Assembly: GCA_044234345.1 (NCBI GenBank)
Contig: JBIIIW010000001.1
Coordinates: forward strand, 1,766 to 65,765
Reading direction: 5' to 3'
Length of the DNA stretch: 64,000 nt
From: Minisyncoccia bacterium
Lineage (GTDB): Bacteria > Patescibacteriota > Minisyncoccia > Phycocordibacterales > PALSA-1337
Below are positions 48,001 to 56,039 of this stretch, piece by piece (within the stretch, counting starts at the first letter, position 1; the number at the start of each line of letters is the position of its first letter). The translations under genes were made by a program, and so were the position numbers. The notes under the pieces were generated by a model. That model was not told where the DNA came from. It saw nothing but the letters and a program-made list of their open reading frames with translations, and ran no database searches.

Positions 48001-48478
48001 GACACCAGTTAATGGTTAGCTTCTTCTTGTAAGCTAATCCTTTCTTTAGAAACTGTAGGAATATCCATTGTGTCCATTTGTAGTACTTTGGATCTGTTGT
48101 ATCTATCTCTCTAGACCAGTCGAAAGAGAAACCTAATGCTTTTAATTGTCTTCTGAAGTTATCTGAGTTTGTCTTACTCACTATACTTGGCTGTATACCA
48201 GTCTTAATTGCATAGTTTTCTGTAGGTAGACCAAATGCATCCCATCCTATTGGGTAAAGTACATTGTATCCTTCTCTACGTCTCTTACGTGCAATGATAT
48301 CCATTGCTGTGTTACTTCGTATATGTCCTACGTGTAGTCCATCACCTGATGGGAATGGAAACTCTATTAATGCAAAGAATTTCTTCTTGTCCTTATCCTC
48401 CTTAACCTTGTTCGGCTTCTTCGACTCCCATACCTTCTGCCACTTCTTTTCTATTTTTATATGATCGTAGGGCTCCAT
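45002..48478 (-). CDS. leuS: leucyl-tRNA synthetase with inserted NUDIX and HAD-like domains and no canonical CP1 editing domain
   Basis: HVGH, [69 protein letters not shown]. Extra segments: NUDIX box [23 protein letters not shown] (about 46981..47401) and a HAD segment [10 protein letters not shown]...VVSSGSG...FTDTKAD (about 45946..46573). Only about 75 aa lie between TRPDT and GTGAVM, where CP1 normally sits. Confidence 0.9.
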   Translation of the reverse strand: [1158 protein letters not shown]

Positions 48479-48730
48479 GATTCAATCATAATACAATATT
48501 TTTGGGTAAAGTAAAAGCCTGCCGGAATGTGGCAGGCTCTGATGTGGTTCATCTTGGAAATATCCCATGTGCCACTACGGCATACCAGAGGAGTATTAGC
48601 AGGACGACTGTTCTGGGACCAGAGAGTTTGTCTAGTATGGAGGTCATAGCTGGCGAATATACTAGCATTGTTTGGGGGTTAGGGGAAGGGATTAAATTCT
48701 ATACTCGATAGTACTACTATCTTTAACTAC

Positions 48731-48759
48731 TTGACAGAATTGATGATAGGTGCTATGAT
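48731..48759 (+). promoter_or_regulatory. near-consensus sigma-70 promoter TTGACA-N17-(TGc)TATGAT
   Basis: TTGACA at 48731..48736, a 17-nt spacer, and an extended -10 TGCTATGAT at 48751..48759. Confidence 0.5.
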
Positions 48760-48766
48760 TAAAAAG

Positions 48767-48874
48767 TTCAGATTAAGGTCAAAGGTCCGGATACCATTGT
48801 CTGAACATGTCCCGTCAGAAAGGCAGGATATAACCAAATTCTCGACCAGGCGCGTAGGCAACTACGCGCTTTTT
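48767..48874 (+). ncRNA. candidate ~108-nt small RNA of unknown function (SRP RNA-like fragments noted)
   Basis: Bounded by the promoter above and by terminator gcgcgtag-GCAA-ctacgcgc (48850..48869) plus ttttt. No plus-strand CDS follows (ychF is convergent). Contains GGUCAAAGGUCCGGA and GUCAGAAAGGCAGG, loosely resembling SRP RNA domain IV (GGUCAGGUCCGGAAGGAAGCAG). Confidence 0.35.
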
Positions 48875-48879
48875 CCTAC

Positions 48880-49977
48880 CTAAATTCTAAACTCCATCAC
48901 ATCCCCATCCTTCACTATATACTCCTTACCCTCTGTTCTAAGCAGTCCCTTCTCTCTTGCATTAGCAAATGATCCAGATTCAAGTAGTTTGTCCCACTCT
49001 ATAACCTCAGCTCGGATAAATTTCTCTTCGAAATCTCCATGAATAGCTGTGCCAGCTTTAGGTGCTGTCCATCCGCGCCCTATAGTCCAAGCACGAGTCT
49101 CCTTCTCTCCAGTTGTGAAGTATGTAATTAGGTTAAGAAGCTCATATCCTTTCTTGATAAGATCATCAATACCATCATCCTTAGCTCCTAGTCCTTCTCT
49201 AAGTTCCTTCTTCTCCTTGTCATCTATATCCTTCAATTCATGCTCTATACCAGCATCAACTATTACCCACTTTGCATTGTTATCATTAAAAAACTTAATT
49301 AGAGCTTGATATCTCTCATCATTCATTTCATCAAGATTCTTTCCTCCTGCCTTCTTGTTAAGTATGTACATGAATGGCTTAGAAGTAAGTAGATGTAGTG
49401 ACTTAATGAATGGTTTCTCGAATTCATCTGCTACTACTGTAGATGCTAGTTTACCTGCTTCAAGTGCAGTCTTTATCTTCTCTACTAATCCATTCTCTAG
49501 TATTGCTTCCTTTTTGTTTGCTTTTACCTCTCTGTTTAGATTTGCTAATCTCTTAGTTACAGTTTGTAGATCAGCAAGTATTAATTCTAGGTTTATAACC
49601 TCAATATCTTTTAAAGGATTAATCTTTCCATCAACGTGTATGATGTTATCATCCTCGAATATACGAACCACTTCAGCTATAGCGTCAGTCTCTCTAATGT
49701 TTGTAAGGAATTGGTTACCCAGCCCTTCTCCATCTGATGCACCCTTAACTAGTCCTGCAATATCTACGAATTCAACCACAGCAGGTACAATCTTCTGTGT
49801 CTTAGAGAACTCTGAGAGTTTGTACAGTCTTTCGTCTGGTACAGCCACAACTCCTACTGATGGATCTATTGTTGCAAATGGATAGTTAGCGACTAACACA
49901 CTCTTTTTTGTTAGAGCATTGAATAGGGTGGATTTACCCACGTTTGGTAGACCTACGATTCCGATTGATAGTGACAT
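48880..49977 (-). CDS. ychF: ribosome-binding ATPase YchF (Obg family)
   Basis: MSLSIGIVGLPNVGKSTLFNALT (G1) and a C-terminal TGS domain. Start trimmed to MSLS. Confidence 0.9.
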   Translation of the reverse strand: MSLSIGIVGLPNVGKSTLFNALTKKSVLVANYPFATIDPSVGVVAVPDERLYKLSEFSKTQKIVPAVVEFVDIAGLVKGASDGEGLGNQFLTNIRETDAIAEVVRIFEDDNIIHVDGKINPLKDIEVINLELILADLQTVTKRLANLNREVKANKKEAILENGLVEKIKTALEAGKLASTVVADEFEKPFIKSLHLLTSKPFMYILNKKAGGKNLDEMNDERYQALIKFFNDNNAKWVIVDAGIEHELKDIDDKEKKELREGLGAKDDGIDDLIKKGYELLNLITYFTTGEKETRAWTIGRGWTAPKAGTAIHGDFEEKFIRAEVIEWDKLLESGSFANAREKGLLRTEGKEYIVKDGDVMEFRI

Positions 49978-50427
49978 GGCATGAGCATACCATATTTTCA
50001 CTTAAAAAGTCATTATGGTATCATATTCCACCAGATGAAGACTCTACAATACTACGTGCTTGTCTCAGCTATGCTGGGCATACACATTTTGCTCATACCC
50101 CTAGCGTTTCTGTTTATCTGCTCATTAATCGTAATGGCAATAGTTGATTACAAATTCGAATAGATCCTCCATAACCCAATCATTTTGCATCACTAGACTT
50201 ATCATCTAACAATCAGCCCCGTCGTGTTCACGACGGGGCTTTGATTATTTACGTCTCTTTGGACGTTGACGGCGTCTCCTGCAACCTAGATTTTTGAGCG
50301 AGTCTTCTATCGCCCTCATTCTCTGGCTACAAAAAGTAGCACGCTGAATTAAGAGTTGTCCAATTAGGGGTAGTGTGTTTGCACTCATATCCTCAATAAC
50401 TCTACACCTAAAAGTATTTATCGTAAA

Positions 50428-50655
50428 CTACTTCCCCATCACCTTCTTCAACTCATCCTGATGACTCTGCATTACTTGCATCATAGCATCTTGCTGATTC
50501 ATCCCTCCCTTTACCTTCTCCTGTACTTCCTCAGCAATCTTCATAAAGAAATCTGGATTCTTCTCGATCATAGCAAATATCTGATCTTGTTGTTCCTGAG
50601 GGATATCCTTTAACTGCTTCTTTAGCATTTGTTTTAGTAGAAAATTTTGAAACAT
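50428..50655 (-). CDS. small Met/Gln-rich hypothetical protein
   Basis: 75-aa ORF immediately downstream of zwf on the same strand. Confidence 0.4.
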   Translation of the reverse strand: MFQNFLLKQMLKKQLKDIPQEQQDQIFAMIEKNPDFFMKIAEEVQEKVKGGMNQQDAMMQVMQSHQDELKKVMGK

Positions 50656-50677
50656 AAAATTTAAATTTAATTAATAG

Positions 50678-52051
50678 CTATATTACCTCTTTTGTACCCT
50701 TCTTGTATATAGTAAGTGGTACTGTATTCCATGATGATATTACTGAAGTAATATACTTCCATGCATGGAGCACTTCATCTGTACTTGTAAACAATGTTTG
50801 ATCTCCAATTATGGCATCATAGAGCACTCTCTCATATGCATCTGGTAATACTGAATGTGATTCGTAATCACTGTACTTAAACTTAAGTACTTTAGGCTCT
50901 ACATCCATAGTGAAGCCTGGTGTCTTTACCCAGAATCCAATCTTAATTAGTTCATCTGGTTGTATTCGAAATGTTAGTACATTCTGCTTACCTTCCCCAT
51001 CTCCTCCTTTGAAGTATATGTTGATTTCTGTCTTAGTTTCTGACATTTCTTTACCGCTCTCGATATAGAAAGGAACATTCTTCCATCTAGCGTTATCAAT
51101 ATATGACTCGATTCTGAAGTATGTTTCTGTCTGAGTATATTCCTTTACTCCTGACTCATGTCTGTATCCTTCATATTGTCCTCGTACAACCTTAGATTGT
51201 ATGTTGCGTGGAGTAAACATCTGGAGGTGTGAGAGTGCACGAGCTCTCTCCTTACGTATACATTCAGCATTCATGTGTAGTGGAGGTTCCATTGCAACTA
51301 TAGCGAGCATTTGAAGCACATGATTCTGTCCTACATCCTTAAGTGCACCAATTGCATCATAGAATGATCCTCTACTACCTATACCAATCTTCTCTGTTAA
51401 CTTTATATGTACCTTCTCTATATGGTTCTTGTTCCATAGAGGTTCAAACAGTGAGTTAGCAAAACGGAAGGTAAGGATATTCTGTAATGCTTCCTTTGCT
51501 AGATAGTGATCGATTCTAAATATCTGATTTTCATCGAATAGCTCTGCTAGTTTCTTGTCGAGCTTCTTTGCAGTCTCTATATCATTACCAAATGGCTTCT
51601 CAACAAGTACACGAGTCCATCCTTCATTTCCTCCACAAGGTATTGTAAGTCCTGAATTGTGTAGATGAATGAATATTGATTCGTATAGAGATGGAGGAGT
51701 TGATAGGTGGAAGAGTTTGTTTGAACATTGTCCAAAACCATCATCAATATTTTTCAATCTCTGTGCTAATTGAGCATATGATTGTGATGAATCGAAATTA
51801 CCTTGCTCATAATATATATGATCAATGAAGTGCTTAACATCCTCTTCTTTGTATGTACCCGGTTTAACATTTATATGCTCTCTTACGAATGTTCTAAACT
51901 CTTCTCTTGTGAATGGTCGTCTTGAGAATCCTACGATAGCGAACTTATTAGGTAGCTCCTTCTTTACATACAAGCTCAAAAGGGCTGGTAATAGCTTACG
52001 ACCAGCTAGATCTCCTGTTATTCCTAGTATTATAAATATTGTAGGTGTCAT
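50678..52051 (-). CDS. zwf: glucose-6-phosphate 1-dehydrogenase
   Basis: IFIILGITGDLAGRKL (NADP-binding), RIDHYLAKE, RVLVEKPFG. Confidence 0.9.
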   Translation of the reverse strand: MTPTIFIILGITGDLAGRKLLPALLSLYVKKELPNKFAIVGFSRRPFTREEFRTFVREHINVKPGTYKEEDVKHFIDHIYYEQGNFDSSQSYAQLAQRLKNIDDGFGQCSNKLFHLSTPPSLYESIFIHLHNSGLTIPCGGNEGWTRVLVEKPFGNDIETAKKLDKKLAELFDENQIFRIDHYLAKEALQNILTFRFANSLFEPLWNKNHIEKVHIKLTEKIGIGSRGSFYDAIGALKDVGQNHVLQMLAIVAMEPPLHMNAECIRKERARALSHLQMFTPRNIQSKVVRGQYEGYRHESGVKEYTQTETYFRIESYIDNARWKNVPFYIESGKEMSETKTEINIYFKGGDGEGKQNVLTFRIQPDELIKIGFWVKTPGFTMDVEPKVLKFKYSDYESHSVLPDAYERVLYDAIIGDQTLFTSTDEVLHAWKYITSVISSWNTVPLTIYKKGTKEVI

Positions 52052-52163
52052 ATTTTAGAAACCTTCTCCCCACTTCTCCCATTTTGGGAAATATACTGTT
52101 GAGATGAATACACAAGGGAGTATGAATACTCCAGATATTACCCAAAGTGAAAAACTAACTATT

Positions 52164-52715
52164 TTAGTTATTGCTTCCATTAAATTTCTTTGCGTAAGCT
52201 AGTTGAGCCTTCTTGATTAATTCGTAAGCCTCTTTTGGCCCAAGGAACTTACCAATCTTAACTGTTCCTGGTCCTGTCTGAGGTATCTTGTATGTCTCGA
52301 AGAATGTCTGTAGATCCTTTCTCTCATATGGAGCTAGTTCCTCTACATGTGTAATGTGTGAGTATCTTGGATCCTTGTTGTTTACTGTAATTATCTTAAA
52401 GTCTTCTTCATTGTTATCAATCATTTCTAGGGCTCCGATAACACGACCACGAACAAGTGCACCTGGAACTATTGGGTGAGTGCTAAATACTACTGCATCT
52501 AGAGGATCGTTATCTCCCTCATTCCATGTTGATGGCACATCACAGTAGTTTACTGGGTAATAGAAAGGACCAAAAAGAACGCGGTCAAGTTCGATTATTC
52601 CGTAATCCTTGTTGTACTCATACTTATTTGATTCACCTTGTCGTATTTCTACTATTAGGTTTAATATTTCAGGAGCTTTGTCCTGTGGAATTGAGTGAAA
52701 ATGTGTTTTATTCAT
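52164..52715 (-). CDS. ppa: inorganic pyrophosphatase (family I)
   Basis: YYPVNYCDVPSTWNEGDNDPLDAVV and a family-I PPase core. 183 aa. Confidence 0.9.
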   Translation of the reverse strand: MNKTHFHSIPQDKAPEILNLIVEIRQGESNKYEYNKDYGIIELDRVLFGPFYYPVNYCDVPSTWNEGDNDPLDAVVFSTHPIVPGALVRGRVIGALEMIDNNEEDFKIITVNNKDPRYSHITHVEELAPYERKDLQTFFETYKIPQTGPGTVKIGKFLGPKEAYELIKKAQLAYAKKFNGSNN

Positions 52716-52753
52716 ATGGCAAGATTGTAGCCTGATTTTGGCGTTTTTACAAG

Positions 52754-53320
52754 TTAGTACTTGCGTACTACACCCTTAACAATTGCACGTATCTTCATAT
52801 CATTCTCAGGATATATTGGTCCGTAATTCTTATTAGCGGCCTCGAGATATACACTGTTACCTCTCTTCCTGAAGTACTTCATTGTCCATCCACCATCTAC
52901 CTCTGCAATTACTATGTCTCCATCCTTAGGATCATCTCTACGTTCCACTATTACTAGATCACCCTCCATAATTCCTTCTTCAATCATTGAGTCACCTTTA
53001 ACCTCAAGTAGGTATGATGACATCCTGTTTTTGATCAAGTAGCTATCTAGGCTTAATTTATCAAGCTCATTCTCTTCAGCTACTGTGGGTATACCAGCCT
53101 CAACTAGTCCAAGTAGGTTAACTTCCTGGAAAAGATTATTGGGTACTATCTTACCTGTACTATCCTTACTTATGACACCTATATCTATTAGCTTATTAAT
53201 TAATTTATATACTGAGTTCTTAGACTTGAAACCAAGAAGAGACATAACCTCAGCATAGCTGGGCATTCTCTTGTTCTTCTCGTAGAAAGAAAATATTTTG
53301 TTTTTATATTCCTCTATCAT
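52754..53320 (-). CDS. lexA: LexA-type transcriptional repressor (S24 peptidase)
   Basis: N-terminal winged HTH (YAEVMSLLGFKSKNSVYKLINKLIDIGVIS). C-terminal S24 domain with VKGDSM (Ser nucleophile) and WTMKYF (Lys). Confidence 0.8.
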   Translation of the reverse strand: MIEEYKNKIFSFYEKNKRMPSYAEVMSLLGFKSKNSVYKLINKLIDIGVISKDSTGKIVPNNLFQEVNLLGLVEAGIPTVAEENELDKLSLDSYLIKNRMSSYLLEVKGDSMIEEGIMEGDLVIVERRDDPKDGDIVIAEVDGGWTMKYFRKRGNSVYLEAANKNYGPIYPENDMKIRAIVKGVVRKY

Positions 53321-53328
53321 TATTATGA

Positions 53329-53526
53329 TTATAGTACAAAACTTGCAAATACATTAAATGTTCTCTTGAACCAACTTGATTTAGTTGTTTCGTAGAATCC
53401 GTAGAACTGTGATACTAGAAACTTATGTCTTCGAGCTTCTGCCTTGTATGGAAGTCCCTTTATGATTTTAAGATCGATATCATTATTCAATTTCTTTATT
53501 TCTCTAACTAATTGTATTTTACTCAT
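53329..53526 (-). CDS. small hypothetical protein, first gene of the lexA operon
   Basis: 65 aa with a hydrophobic C-terminus. Directly downstream of a LexA box plus TATAAT and 8 nt upstream of lexA. Confidence 0.4.
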   Translation of the reverse strand: MSKIQLVREIKKLNNDIDLKIIKGLPYKAEARRHKFLVSQFYGFYETTKSSWFKRTFNVFASFVL

Positions 53527-53565
53527 ATGTTTTTTAATTAATTTCTCTTATGAATATATTATAGG

Positions 53566-53579
53566 TGAACAATCGTTCA
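53566..53579 (-). promoter_or_regulatory. Cheo-box type LexA operator (tGAACaatcGTTCa) overlapping a TATAAT -10
   Basis: Sequence ggtGAACaatcGTTCacc read directly. It matches the Gram-positive consensus CGAACRNRYGTTCG in 12/14 positions. On the minus strand it is immediately followed by TATAAT and, about 35 nt later, the ATG of the small ORF. Confidence 0.6.
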
Positions 53580-53610
53580 CCTGCAAGAGAAAAGGTGGGG
53601 ATAAGTAAAA

Positions 53611-53631
53611 CCGCATGGGCACTCCATGCGG
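53611..53631 (-). terminator. intrinsic terminator after the sigma factor gene
   Basis: ccgcatgggcactccatgcgg with a U-run on the minus strand. Confidence 0.6.
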
Positions 53632-53643
53632 CTTGTGATTACT

Positions 53644-54540
53644 CTAACCTGCTGCCTCACATACCTTTCTTGCTATAAACGACTCTAGATCTGGGTCTTG
53701 CTCGGCGCTGTCAACATCAATTGCAACTCTGAGCTTCTTGAATGCTGCTGCCTGGATCTGACGAATCCGTTCCCTGGTGACTCCATAGAACTTACCAACC
53801 TCATCCAAGGTCATAGGATCAGAGTCGTCCAGACCGAACCTCAGCGTAAGTATTCTCTGTTCTCTTTTATCGAGTCTGCTTAAATGCTTCCGAAGTAGAC
53901 CAAGAAGATCTGACGATTCAATATCGTCAAATGGCATTTTTGCTGAGTGGTCAGCGAGAATGTCTGCAAGGGAGGTGTTATCGAAATCCCGAACCTGAGC
54001 CTCGAGATGTAAGTTTGGCTGCGCCCACTCAAAAACCATTCTTACATTATCCTCAGTTAGATGCGTTGCCTTTGCAATTTCTGCATGACTTGGTTCATAC
54101 CCGAGTTGCATTTGAAGTTTCTTCTCAGCTTTTCTTATCTTACCGAGACGAATCACCTGGTGAACCGGCATTCTCACATTCCTGACTTGGTTGGCGAGTC
54201 CGCGCTTAATTGATTGTTTGATCCACCACGCAGCATATGTCGATAGTTTCGCACCCTTAGCTGGGTTGAATTTATCAACTGCTCTCATTAGGCCAATATT
54301 GCCTTCGTTGATAAGGTCAACGAGTGGCAAACCGTAGTCGAGGTATTCTCGTGCGATTTTCACCACCAATTTGAGATTGCTTCGAATCATTGTTTCTCTG
54401 GCCTCTTTGTCGCCCATAGCAATTCTTCCTGCCAATGCAGTTTCCTGCTCTGGGGTCAGCAAATCGTGTTGGAGAGCGTCATTGGCATATAGCCTCATGA
54501 GAAAATCGTCGCCATCATCATATGTGCCTTCTTTTGCCAT
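53644..54540 (-). CDS. RNA polymerase sigma factor, RpoD-like (compact, regions 2-4)
   Basis: DLINEGNIGLMRAVDKFNPAKGAKLSTYAAWWIKQSI (r2), PVHQVIRLGKIRKAEKKL (r3.0), LTLRFGLDDSDPMTLDEVGKFYGVTRERIRQIQAAAFKKLR (r4.2). About 44% GC. Confidence 0.85.
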   Translation of the reverse strand: MAKEGTYDDGDDFLMRLYANDALQHDLLTPEQETALAGRIAMGDKEARETMIRSNLKLVVKIAREYLDYGLPLVDLINEGNIGLMRAVDKFNPAKGAKLSTYAAWWIKQSIKRGLANQVRNVRMPVHQVIRLGKIRKAEKKLQMQLGYEPSHAEIAKATHLTEDNVRMVFEWAQPNLHLEAQVRDFDNTSLADILADHSAKMPFDDIESSDLLGLLRKHLSRLDKREQRILTLRFGLDDSDPMTLDEVGKFYGVTRERIRQIQAAAFKKLRVAIDVDSAEQDPDLESFIARKVCEAAG

Positions 54541-54604
54541 ATTCGGTGCCTTGTTTGGTTGTTAGAACATTATCTACCTAAAGATTACATCTAATTATGA
54601 GGAT

Positions 54605-55168
54605 TTGTCAAACTATATTGATGGTATAATGTCAGACAGATTAATCGTTATGGATACCAAGTATTCATGTCCAAAAATGTTCAAAGGGGAGGTCGCAAGA
54701 TTCTTCAATGGACAAATACAGTTTAGAACTGTATACGGAGAAGTTTTTCGTGGTAAACCTCTGTCGATTAGATTCGACGAGCATATACACCCGAAAAGGT
54801 TCTTTATCTGGTTTGAATGGTATGTAGCCGTTAGACCAGTTCTTGTTTCATCCAATGGATTGCTTTTCCTTCGTGGGGATAGTGATAGGATTCATAGATC
54901 ATATACAATGTCATTCGACCTGGAGAAGTTCTATTTTCCAAAGTCATACTTTGTTGAAGTGAGAAGGGGAAAAACTGTCTACGTTAAAAGACCAGACAGG
55001 AGGCGAATGAAATGGACAACCTCAGCCAATGACGAAGAATTCAGATTCATCTTGGGTGATGATCATGCGAGACTTGAGTTTAATGGTGATGGAGATCTTG
55101 TCTCGATGTCCCCTGTCACTCTCGAGGAGCATAACAAAGGAGTCCCGACTCCAATTCAGCGACCATAG
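54605..55168 (+). CDS. hypothetical protein, GC-rich (187 aa)
   Basis: Beta-rich ORF followed by a terminator. A TGGTATAAT extended -10 lies inside the first 10 codons, so the true start may be a downstream Met. Confidence 0.5.
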   Translation: MSNYIDGIMSDRLIVMDTKYSCPKMFKGEVARFFNGQIQFRTVYGEVFRGKPLSIRFDEHIHPKRFFIWFEWYVAVRPVLVSSNGLLFLRGDSDRIHRSYTMSFDLEKFYFPKSYFVEVRRGKTVYVKRPDRRRMKWTTSANDEEFRFILGDDHARLEFNGDGDLVSMSPVTLEEHNKGVPTPIQRP

Positions 55169-55170
55169 CA

Positions 55171-55198
55171 AATCCCGCCAAACAGGCGGGATTCTTTT
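55171..55198 (+). terminator. intrinsic terminator
   Basis: aatcccgccaaacaggcgggatt followed by cttttat. Confidence 0.65.
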
Positions 55199-55334
55199 AT
55201 CCCTCATCCAATCACATTGTCACAAGTTAAATTACAATTAAACTAAAGCAGATATTCCTGCAAATTAAAAACCGCCACCAATTAAGGTGCGCGGTGTGTG
55301 GAGGATGGAGAGTTAAGTATCCTCTTGGTTAAGT

Positions 55335-56039
55335 TTACATAACCATACCATCTTTTGCTTTTCGGAAAACATCTGGTTCATCTAGCTTAATGTCGAGGTC
55401 AGAAGCGAGGGTAACTGCAAACTCTCTAAAGTCACTCTCACATTTCTGGACGTGTATTCCAGTCTCAATTAAACGATTTCTTCCACATTCTTTTCTCCTT
55501 CGTCGCTGATCAAACTCCACTTGCGCCCAGATAGTATTACGTGCCAGTGTTATCGCCATTCCATGAATGTATTTATCATCAATCATGTTGCGATTACTAT
55601 TTCCACGTCTGGCAGGATTTAGTGACAATAGTGACCTCTGTAGATTTTCAAAAACGAGGTCACAAATCTCGATTTCTCTATTCTGTTTATTCCAGTTACT
55701 TTCATTCCTGATGATGAAGACGCAGGTTGGTATGATTGTAAGCAGAAGGCAAACAAAGTAGATGACCATACTGTCCTTCATAGGTGGAAGCAAAAACCAC
55801 TGACACAGAAAAGCAATGGGTATGGTGAGATACAAGAACTTCAATATCTTGCTACAGTTTTCCTTAGTGACTATAGCAGACTCACGAGATTTCCTAAGCT
55901 CCAGCAAACATCTACCGTCATATCTTCGAGCCTCCCATTTTTTGCGAAGGGGCTCTGACATAACACGGAGCATACGCTCAATTTCCTGATCATTCATCTT
56001 TGAATGCCATAATATGAACTCATGGGGCTTGCAACCCAT
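55335..56039 (-). CDS. hypothetical membrane protein (2 TM), GC-rich
   Basis: 234 aa with two TM helices in the centre, an Arg-rich C-terminus, and topology similar to 27805..28461. Confidence 0.5.
   Translation of the reverse strand: MGCKPHEFILWHSKMNDQEIERMLRVMSEPLRKKWEARRYDGRCLLELRKSRESAIVTKENCSKILKFLYLTIPIAFLCQWFLLPPMKDSMVIYFVCLLLTIIPTCVFIIRNESNWNKQNREIEICDLVFENLQRSLLSLNPARRGNSNRNMIDDKYIHGMAITLARNTIWAQVEFDQRRRRKECGRNRLIETGIHVQKCESDFREFAVTLASDLDIKLDEPDVFRKAKDGMVM

Noticed and set aside
48502-48711. 69-aa plus-strand ORF in the ychF-leuS intergenic region.
   Set aside because: Its composition looks like GC-rich structured RNA rather than coding sequence. It has no RBS and no promoter. The region is treated instead as candidate non-coding RNA.
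48479-48879. T-box riboswitch leader upstream of leuS.
   Set aside because: I searched the minus-strand sense for the conserved T-box core (AGGGUGGNACCGCG) and found no match, although a terminator hairpin precedes leuS.
49981-50163. 60-aa hydrophobic plus-strand ORF starting 4 nt from the ychF start.
   Set aside because: Start codons back-to-back with ychF leave no room for a promoter. The nearby hairpin at 50213..50249 more likely serves the convergent minus-strand 75-aa gene or is bidirectional.
52055-52180. 41-aa minus-strand hydrophobic mini-ORF (MEAITKIVSFSLWVISGVFILPCVFISTVYFPKWEKWGEGF) between zwf and ppa.
   Set aside because: Its start lies inside the 3' end of ppa (17-nt overlap) and I could not find an RBS. 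It could be a real small membrane protein but the evidence is insufficient.
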